A stretch of 61,860 nucleotides of DNA, the filler included, from a bacterium (GTDB taxonomy: Bacteria > JAMORN01), in NCBI GenBank assembly GCA_027063545.1. It is 13 parts of 13 records of this genome, joined end to end, with 100 filler letters (N's around TTAATTAATTAA, not from the genome) between each part and the next. Parts side by side here need not be neighbours in the genome. Positions count along the whole stretch, not along the records: positions 40,973 to 44,420 come from JAMORN010000271.1; positions 44,521 to 47,955 come from JAMORN010000272.1; 11 more parts are not named here. The stretch is one strand, 5' to 3'. Below, piece by piece: positions 41,454 through 48,055 of the stretch. A program made the translations under genes and the position numbers. Below the pieces are notes generated by a model. That model searched no databases, was not told the origin of the DNA, and saw only the letters and a list, made by a program, of their open reading frames with translations. The stretch's first letter is position 1; every line of letters begins with the position of its first letter.

Positions 41454-41588
41454 TTATAAAACAAATTTATTAAAAACTATCACTGCTTCTGCTTCAGTTT
41501 CAAAATATTCTTTTCCACCTGTAAACTCTCCAGTTAATCTGTCATTTGAATTAATACTTATTCTGTAGTTGTTTATCGCTTTTGTCAT
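41454..41588 (-). CDS. Small hypothetical protein (44 aa; possibly a disrupted gene extending to 41368)
   Basis: MTKAINNYRISINSNDRLTGEFTGGKEYFETEAEAVIVFNKFVL*, preceded by an AAAGG RBS and a TATAAT promoter motif. Confidence 0.5.
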   Translation of the reverse strand: MTKAINNYRISINSNDRLTGEFTGGKEYFETEAEAVIVFNKFVL

Positions 41589-41609
41589 TATATAACCTTT
41601 ATGTGTTTT

Positions 41610-41640
41610 TCTATAATAATTATAACATAATAAATATTAA
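41610..41640 (-). promoter_or_regulatory. Promoter motif copy 1 (TTAATA-N10-TATAAT-TATTATAGA)
   Basis: Similar copy at 43155-43186; both head minus-strand gene runs. Confidence 0.55.
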
Positions 41641-41647
41641 AATAAGA

Positions 41648-41968
41648 TTAAACGAAGTACTCTGGATAAATTTTTTCCTTCTTTTTCAACCACTCTTGAG
41701 TTTTATCTATACTTTTGAAATTTTCATTAATTTTCCAGTCGTTATTCTCATAATTAATTGCTTGTTCCTTTAATCCCTGAACCTGTTTAATAGCAGTAAC
41801 TATTTTTGCCTCATTAATATCATAAAACGGAAAAACAGTTGAACTTCCATAATTTCCATTAAATTTTAATTTTTCAAATTTACTTACATGGATAGTTCTT
41901 AATTTTCTAATGTCATCTAAACCCTTTTCTGAATATATTTTTAAAATATTCAGTTGGTCATCTACCAT
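41648..41968 (-). CDS. Hypothetical protein ending in YPEYFV
   Basis: Start reassigned from 42148 to about 41968 to avoid a 158-nt overlap. C-terminal tag shared with four neighbours. Confidence 0.7.
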   Translation of the reverse strand: MVDDQLNILKIYSEKGLDDIRKLRTIHVSKFEKLKFNGNYGSSTVFPFYDINEAKIVTAIKQVQGLKEQAINYENNDWKINENFKSIDKTQEWLKKKEKIYPEYFV

Positions 41969-41990
41969 TGCATAAACTATTTTTAATCCT

Positions 41991-42260
41991 TTATAACCAG
42001 TACTCTGGATGTGTTCCTTCCATGTTTTCCATCTCTCTCCAAGATGGTTCTTTTTCAAATTCAAACAATATATCTTTTTTAAAAAAATGTAATTCATTAT
42101 ATGCAACATCATAAAACCAAAGAACTTTTGATTTCCAATCTCTGCCAATTTTACTCTTTTCTATTATATTTACCACAAAATAACAAGGTTGATCTTCTGA
42201 GTGCTTCGAACCTTTTTCAATAATATTATCTGTTTTTATTAATACAAATTTACCAATCAT
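41991..42260 (-). CDS. Hypothetical protein ending in HPEYWL
   Basis: ATGA overlap with the upstream gene; shared C-terminal tag. Confidence 0.75.
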   Translation of the reverse strand: MIGKFVLIKTDNIIEKGSKHSEDQPCYFVVNIIEKSKIGRDWKSKVLWFYDVAYNELHFFKKDILFEFEKEPSWREMENMEGTHPEYWL

Positions 42261-42523
42261 AGAAATATCTCAGGATATTCTGTTTCTAGTGTTCGAGCAT
42301 TTATAGCTCCTAATATTAGTTGTACATCTTTATCATAAAATGTGGTGGTATTAAGATTACTTTTATCTATACTTTTAATAATAGTACTTGCATACGCTTG
42401 GACTTTTTTTGAAGGTTTTATCGTATCTATTTTTACAACAGCATCTACTCTTACAACATGCTGAATATCATTACGGTCTTTTATTAAAACATAATCACCT
42501 TTTAATACTTCTCTTTTTTTCAT
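42257..42523 (-). CDS. Hypothetical protein ending in YPEIFL
   Basis: ATGA overlap; shared C-terminal tag. Confidence 0.75.
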   Translation of the reverse strand: MKKREVLKGDYVLIKDRNDIQHVVRVDAVVKIDTIKPSKKVQAYASTIIKSIDKSNLNTTTFYDKDVQLILGAINARTLETEYPEIFL

Positions 42524-42999
42524 ATATACATCTCCGGGTATTTGTTTTCAATATATTGATAATCAAAAAACTCCTTCATTTCTTCTTTATTTTGTAGTTT
42601 TACGATTGTTTCTATATTAAAGTTTTTTAAGGGGTCTTCTAGTTTAATTAAAATCGTTTTTCGATTTCGGAGTTTCATTAACATTTCGGTTATCACTCCA
42701 AAATAATTCATTGCTATTCTAGAACGATAAAATAGCACCTGCATTGATTTTGATACTCCCTTTTCTACTATTAGAGAATCAAAATCAACAACTGGTTCTG
42801 AAGACTTGTAATTACTTATTACAAAGTCTAGGAATTCTGGGTCCTCTAAAAGTTGTTTCATTTTTCTAGTTGTGAACATTCCTGCTTCTTGAAATTTCTC
42901 ATTGTGTTCAAAATATTTAGTAATATTGTTAAGTTCAATCGTATATCCGGAATATAAATCTCCATTGGTGTGAGTTATTTTTAATTCATTTATTTTCAA
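42520..42999 (-). CDS. Hypothetical protein ending in YPEMYI
   Basis: TTG start in a TTGA overlap, preceded by GGAGG; shared C-terminal tag. Confidence 0.75.
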   Translation of the reverse strand: MKINELKITHTNGDLYSGYTIELNNITKYFEHNEKFQEAGMFTTRKMKQLLEDPEFLDFVISNYKSSEPVVDFDSLIVEKGVSKSMQVLFYRSRIAMNYFGVITEMLMKLRNRKTILIKLEDPLKNFNIETIVKLQNKEEMKEFFDYQYIENKYPEMYI

Positions 43000-43124
43000 A
43001 TATATACCTCCGGATATTTACTAGGGATTTCTTCTAAATTGCAATTTATCCATAAATCATAATTAGTAACATAAGCAATAGTACCTTTAAGAGGTGCCGG
43101 ACCTTTTTCTCCAATAATAAACAT
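42996..43124 (-). CDS. 42-aa hypothetical protein ending in YPEVYI (not in the ORF track)
   Basis: MFIIGEKGPAPLKGTIAYVTNYDLWINCNLEEIPSKYPEVYI*, with an AGGTG RBS. Its stop overlaps the next start. Confidence 0.7.
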   Translation of the reverse strand: MFIIGEKGPAPLKGTIAYVTNYDLWINCNLEEIPSKYPEVYI

Positions 43125-43154
43125 TATTTTGCACCTATAATTAATAACTTTCTA

Positions 43155-43186
43155 TCTATAATAAATTATATAATAAAATTACTTAA
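43155..43186 (-). promoter_or_regulatory. Promoter motif copy 2 (TTAAGT-N10-TATAAT-TTATTATAGA)
   Basis: Lies 30 nt upstream of the first tagged ORF and matches copy 1. Confidence 0.55.
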
Positions 43187-43188
43187 TA

Positions 43189-43204
43189 TATAAATAAATA
43201 TAAA
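43189..43204 (+). repeat. 16-bp direct repeat TATAAATAAATATAAA, copy 1 (before tnpA)
   Basis: Identical to 43821-43836; each copy runs into an AAAGG RBS. Confidence 0.7.
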
Positions 43205-43213
43205 AGGAAATAA

Positions 43214-43813
43214 ATGAGTTATATAAACGCTAAGAAAATAAAAGAGATTTTGGGCATTACAAGTCAAACTTTAAATAATTATAGAAGACAAGGAAAGGTT
43301 AAATACAAAGAATTAAATAGTAGGAATTTCTTATATGATATAGATAGTTTAATGCTCACAAAACCCAAAGATAAAAATCAAGTTATATATTGTAGAGTAA
43401 GTAATACTAAACAAAAAGAAGACTTAGAAAAGCAAGAAAAAATATTAAGGGAATTTATTGCTTCTAAAGGTATTATAGTAGATAAGGTATATAAAGATAT
43501 AGCTTCTGGAATGAATGAAGATAGGAAGGGTTTTAATGCTCTTATTAAAGAAGTACAAAATGGTAATATAGATACTATATATATTTCTTATAAAGATAGA
43601 CTTACTAGATTTGGCTATAATTATATAGAAAAATGGTTTAGTAGTTATGGAACAGATATAGTATATATAAATTTTACCAAAGAAGAAGATTTTCAAACTG
43701 AATTAACACAGGATTTAATATCTATAATACATCATTTTAGTATGAAAATGTATAGTAATAGAAGAAAGATGTTAAAATCTGTACAAGAAAATCTTAAAAA
43801 TAATATTATATAA
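43214..43813 (+). CDS. tnpA: IS607-family transposase TnpA (MerR-like HTH + serine recombinase)
   Basis: N-terminal HTH (LGITSQTL), IYCRVSNTKQKEDL, DIASGMN, YKDRLTRFGY, DLISIIHHFSMKMYSNRR. Confidence 0.93.
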   Translation: MSYINAKKIKEILGITSQTLNNYRRQGKVKYKELNSRNFLYDIDSLMLTKPKDKNQVIYCRVSNTKQKEDLEKQEKILREFIASKGIIVDKVYKDIASGMNEDRKGFNALIKEVQNGNIDTIYISYKDRLTRFGYNYIEKWFSSYGTDIVYINFTKEEDFQTELTQDLISIIHHFSMKMYSNRRKMLKSVQENLKNNII

Positions 43814-43820
43814 ATAATTG

Positions 43821-43836
43821 TATAAATAAATATAAA
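43821..43836 (+). repeat. 16-bp direct repeat TATAAATAAATATAAA, copy 2 (before tnpB)
   Basis: Identical to 43189-43204. Confidence 0.7.
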
Positions 43837-43846
43837 GGGGTTAAAT

Positions 43847-44420
43847 ATGGAATTAGTAAGAACAAACAAATATAGACTATATCCTAATGCTAAACAAAAA
43901 GCATTATTAGATAAACAATTTAACCTCTATAGATTTACCTATAATAATGTTTTAGGTAAGATACAAGATAATTATTTTGGTGTGTACACTATAGAAAAAG
44001 GCAAAAATAAAGGTCAAGTGAGACCTAAGATACCTAATCAAACTGGTATAGTAGGTTTTAGTACTAAATTAAAAGAAGAATATTCTTTTATTAATAAATT
44101 ACCTAATGATTTTATACAATCTAGTTTATCTAATTTATATCTTGGTATGAAGGAATTTATAAAACAACCAGATAGAGGATATCCTAAATTTAAGAGTAAA
44201 AAGACATCTAAAAAGACTATAGGTATGAAGGCTGGTTCTAGAGTTAAAATAGAAGATAACCATATACAATTAAATAAAAGCAATAAGTCATCTTATACTA
44301 AAGAAGACCATAAAATAAAATTTAAGAAACATAAAACAAACCATAATATAGGTAAAATAACAGGTTTTACTATAGAAAAAGATAACCTAGATAAGTACTG
44401 AATAACCATAACACATAAGA
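43847..44420 (+). pseudogene. tnpB: TnpB (IS605/IS607 OrfB RNA-guided nuclease), N-terminal half with an in-frame TGA at 44399-44401; truncated by the contig end
   Basis: KYRLYPNAKQ, YRFTYN and GYPKFKSKK motifs. The frame continues DKY*ITITHK, matching the TnpB KY(W/Y/F)-hydrophobic strand. Confidence 0.75.
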
Positions 44421-44596
44421 NNNNNNNNNNNNNNNNNNNNNNNNNNNNNNNNNNNNNNNNNNNNTTAATTAATTAANNNNNNNNNNNNNNNNNNNNNNNN
44501 NNNNNNNNNNNNNNNNNNNNTATATACTTCATCATTGTTTTATTTTTATAAGAAGGATATAAAATATCAATAAAATCTTTTAAAGTATTAACCTTT

Positions 44597-45436
44597 TCAA
44601 TTAATGGATTTATCATATTCATACTTTTTTTTTCCATTTTGATTAATATTTTCTGGATTAACTAATTTTAAAGCTACATTATTTAATCTCTCTATATCAT
44701 TATTAGAAGGTACTATATCCGTATATTTATATATATCAAGTTCTATAAATAAATCTTTTAACTCTTTTATAATTTCTGAAGTTTCTAATTTTTTTAATCT
44801 TTTTAAAACTTCGTCGGTAGTTAATTCTAATAGAGAAATATTATGCTTTAGAGAAAAATATTCCTTTATGATCTCTGATAGATTATAACAATGTTTTTTA
44901 TACTCTCCTTTTTCCCATAATTTCATATCTAATAGTTCATTTAACTTTTCCCATGGATATTTTTTCTGAAAATCTATTTTATCTTGTTGTTCTTTTTGAG
45001 TCTTATTAAAATATTTTTTTACTAATTTAATAAGAATTGTTAATATTACAAAAAATAGTAATAAATATAGAAACAATATAGCAGAAGCCTTTACAGGAAA
45101 TTCCATTTGTTTTGGTATTAAAAGACTACTTTTATAATTTGTATCTACTAATATAGGATATATATATACTTTTTCAGAATACAAACTATCTATTTCGGAA
45201 GTATCTTTATAATAATAAATTATTTTTAAATCTTTTATTTCCAGTGAACCTACATCTAAAAAATTAAATTTTATCTTAAATGTATTACTATCTACTCTAT
45301 CTATTTTTTTTATTAGAATATCAGAAGGCTTGTAAATCACTTTTAAAGAATCAACCTTTATATTCTTTAAAGGAGTATATTTAAAGCAAAAAGTTGTATC
45401 TATATTGCCATTGGTTGGTAAAACATAAACCTTCAT
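44597..45436 (-). CDS. Membrane protein typical of MoxR/DUF58/Bat operons
   Basis: Beta-rich N-terminal domain, one TM helix, then YNLSEIIKEYF...LLELTTDEV...DIYKY. Confidence 0.7.
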   Translation of the reverse strand: MKVYVLPTNGNIDTTFCFKYTPLKNIKVDSLKVIYKPSDILIKKIDRVDSNTFKIKFNFLDVGSLEIKDLKIIYYYKDTSEIDSLYSEKVYIYPILVDTNYKSSLLIPKQMEFPVKASAILFLYLLLFFVILTILIKLVKKYFNKTQKEQQDKIDFQKKYPWEKLNELLDMKLWEKGEYKKHCYNLSEIIKEYFSLKHNISLLELTTDEVLKRLKKLETSEIIKELKDLFIELDIYKYTDIVPSNNDIERLNNVALKLVNPENINQNGKKKYEYDKSIN

Positions 45437-45446
45437 TTCCTACCTC

Positions 45447-46061
45447 TTATATTATATAAAATATTAAGACTTGTATTATTCCTATAATAAATCCTAAAAT
45501 ACCTCCTAATATTTCTATATACTTTAATTCTTTAGAAGCTATTGCTAATATAATTTCTTCTAGCTTTTCATCTGAAAATCCCTTTATTTTATCGTATATA
45601 ATATCCCTTATATTTAAATAATTCTCTATTTTATAAGATGCTACCTCAAAAACGTTTGGTAATACATCCTTTAACTCATCCATTAATATATCTTTTATTT
45701 TTGTCTTAATATCTTCTGGAAGTAAAGATGCCAACATTGGATTTAATGACATAAGTTTTCTATTTAAAAATTCATCTATTTTTTGTTCCACTATAACATT
45801 AAAATCATATTGTGTATCTATTCCTTTTAATACTTCAATTATATCTGCGCTTGAAAGAAGCTTTGTTTCTATTGTATTAGAAATCTCATAAGCTAAATCC
45901 TCTTTTCGTTTTGGAACTAATCCCTGAATTTTAATTGGCCCTATTTTTATAGGGCTTCTTGGTCTAAAAATCATTTTTATTGCTAAATAATTGGTAAAAT
46001 AACCAATAAAAGCACCTATTATAGGGACTAATATTATTGGTAGTATTTTATTTATATCCAT
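45447..46061 (-). CDS. DUF445 family membrane protein
   Basis: IGAFIGYFTNYLAIKMIFRP, QGLVPKRK, ELKYIEILGGILGFIIG. Confidence 0.88.
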   Translation of the reverse strand: MDINKILPIILVPIIGAFIGYFTNYLAIKMIFRPRSPIKIGPIKIQGLVPKRKEDLAYEISNTIETKLLSSADIIEVLKGIDTQYDFNVIVEQKIDEFLNRKLMSLNPMLASLLPEDIKTKIKDILMDELKDVLPNVFEVASYKIENYLNIRDIIYDKIKGFSDEKLEEIILAIASKELKYIEILGGILGFIIGIIQVLIFYII

Positions 46062-46079
46062 TTTTTTCTCCTCCTTTAG

Positions 46080-46946
46080 TTATTTAAATAATTTAATTAA
46101 AGATTCAGTATAATCTATATCTGTTTGAATACTTACATATCGTATATTAATCTTTTTTAATATTTGTTTCAAATTGAAAAGATGATCTTCTATATCCTTT
46201 ATAGTTTTTTTCATATCTAAAATATTATAAAAATTTAAACTATTATTCTCAATATCTCTTTCTTTTATTACTATAAATTTATCTTTTATCTTATTTATTA
46301 AATCATAATCTTCTTTTAATATAATAAATCTGACATCGTGTTTAGAATTTAAAACTTTTATATATTTTAAAGCATTCTCATCAATTTTAAATAAAAAATC
46401 TGAAATAAAAATAACTATAGATTTTCTTTTTAAAATATTTATTAAAAATTTAAATACATCTGAGGGAGTTTTATCTTTCTTAAAGAAATCGGTATAAAAA
46501 GTCTCTCTAATAAGCCTTAATATATGAGCTTTACCTTTTTTAGGTGAAATAAATTTTAAATCATCATGATTAAATAGTAAAAGTCCTACTTTATCTTGAT
46601 TTTTTATAGCACTAAATCCTAAGATAGAAACAATTTCAGAAGCTATATCTATCTTTTTTATTCCCCCCAATGCTCCTTGCATACTGGAGGAAGTATCCAC
46701 CACCAACATTAAAGTTAATTCCCTCTCTTCAATAAATTTTTTAACATAGGGCTTATTTAATCTAGCTGAAACTTTCCAGTCTATATTTTTTACATCATCT
46801 CCATATTCATATTCTTTAAACTCATCAAATTCCAATCCTTGACCTTTAAAAGAGCTATGATATGAACCTATAAATAACTCATTTACCTTTTTTCTTGTCT
46901 TAATTTCAATAAGTTTAGCTTTTTTAATTATTTCTGATGTATTCAT
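46080..46946 (-). CDS. DUF58 (vWA-like) protein
   Basis: YHSSFKGQGLEFDEFKEYEYGDDVKNIDWKVSAR, VDTSSSM, ISDF. Confidence 0.92.
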   Translation of the reverse strand: MNTSEIIKKAKLIEIKTRKKVNELFIGSYHSSFKGQGLEFDEFKEYEYGDDVKNIDWKVSARLNKPYVKKFIEERELTLMLVVDTSSSMQGALGGIKKIDIASEIVSILGFSAIKNQDKVGLLLFNHDDLKFISPKKGKAHILRLIRETFYTDFFKKDKTPSDVFKFLINILKRKSIVIFISDFLFKIDENALKYIKVLNSKHDVRFIILKEDYDLINKIKDKFIVIKERDIENNSLNFYNILDMKKTIKDIEDHLFNLKQILKKINIRYVSIQTDIDYTESLIKLFK

Positions 46947-46972
46947 AATTTCTAATTTTTTTTTAATATTAT

Positions 46973-47941
46973 TTAAGGAGTTTCTATTTTATCTAAGATT
47001 TCACTAATTATATCATCCGCTGTTTTATCTTCTGCCTCTGCCTCGTATGATAAGCCTATTCTATGACGTAATATATCATAAGCTAATGACTTTATCTCCT
47101 CAGGTGTAACATATGCTCTACCCTTTAAAAATGCGTATGTTTTAGAGGTTATATATAAATATATAGAAGCTCTAGGAGAAGCACCATATTCAATATATGG
47201 TTTAATATCATCTAATCCATAATTTTCTGGTCGTCTTGTTGCATTCACTATATCAATTATATAATATTTTAATTTTTCATCTATATATATATCCTTTACT
47301 AAGCTCTGTATTTCTATAATCTCTTCCTTTGATAAAATCTTTTCTACACTTATAGAATCCATATTTAAAGCTATATCTAAAATTTTTACCTCTTCTTCTT
47401 TTAAAGGATAATCAACTAATATTTTTAGCATAAATCTATCTAATTGAGCTTCTGGAAGATTATAGGTTCCTTCCTGTTCTATTGGGTTTTGAGTGGCTAA
47501 TACAAAAAAAGGCTCTGGAAGTTTATAGGTCTCTTCTCCTATTGTTACTTGACGTTCTTGCATTGCTTCTAAAAGAGCAGATTGTACCTTACTAGGTGCC
47601 CTATTTATTTCATCTGCTAAAAGTAAATTAGTAAAAATAGGACCTTTCTTTGTATAAAACTTTTCTTCCTTTTGACTATATATTTGAATTCCTATAATAT
47701 CTGCTGGTAATAAATCTGGAGTAAATTGAATTCTTTTAAATTCTAGATCTAATATTTCTCCTAATGTCTTTATTAAAGTTGTTTTAGCCAATCCCGGAAC
47801 ACCTTCTAAAAGAACATGTCCATTAGAAAATAATCCTATTAACACCCTAGTTACAACACTCTCTTGTCCTACTATATGTTTAGATATTTCATTATATACA
47901 GCTTTAATTTTAGGATAAAATTCTTCAACTTTTTGTTGCAT
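46973..47941 (-). CDS. moxR: MoxR-family AAA+ ATPase (frame open to the contig edge, possibly slightly 5' truncated)
   Basis: HVLLEGVPGLAKT, RIQFTPDLLPAD, LADEINRAP, ATQNPIEQEGTY, GASPRA. Confidence 0.95.
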   Translation of the reverse strand: MQQKVEEFYPKIKAVYNEISKHIVGQESVVTRVLIGLFSNGHVLLEGVPGLAKTTLIKTLGEILDLEFKRIQFTPDLLPADIIGIQIYSQKEEKFYTKKGPIFTNLLLADEINRAPSKVQSALLEAMQERQVTIGEETYKLPEPFFVLATQNPIEQEGTYNLPEAQLDRFMLKILVDYPLKEEEVKILDIALNMDSISVEKILSKEEIIEIQSLVKDIYIDEKLKYYIIDIVNATRRPENYGLDDIKPYIEYGASPRASIYLYITSKTYAFLKGRAYVTPEEIKSLAYDILRHRIGLSYEAEAEDKTADDIISEILDKIETP

Positions 47942-48055
47942 CTCTTTTATAACACNNNNNNNNNNNNNNNNNNNNNNNNNNNNNNNNNNNNNNNNNNNNT
48001 TAATTAATTAANNNNNNNNNNNNNNNNNNNNNNNNNNNNNNNNNNNNNNNNNNNN

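Larger units (their letters stand above)
40973..44420. mobile_element. Probable phage-derived contig (small orphan gene array plus IS607-type genes)
   Basis: Tightly overlapping small orphan ORFs, promoter style unlike the other contigs, TATAAATA elements. No hallmark virion gene is present, so phage origin is inferred. Confidence 0.6.

Noticed and set aside
41969-42148. N-terminal extension of the 166-aa ORF given in the track
   Set aside because: It overlaps the 89-aa tagged gene by 158 nt in another frame. An AAAGGA RBS-like sequence follows that gene's stop, so a later start is more plausible.
44399-44401. Alternative genetic code (TGA = Trp) in the phage-like contig
   Set aside because: TGA ends three neighbouring genes exactly after the shared tag at ATGA/TTGA overlaps, and Trp is encoded by TGG elsewhere on the contig.
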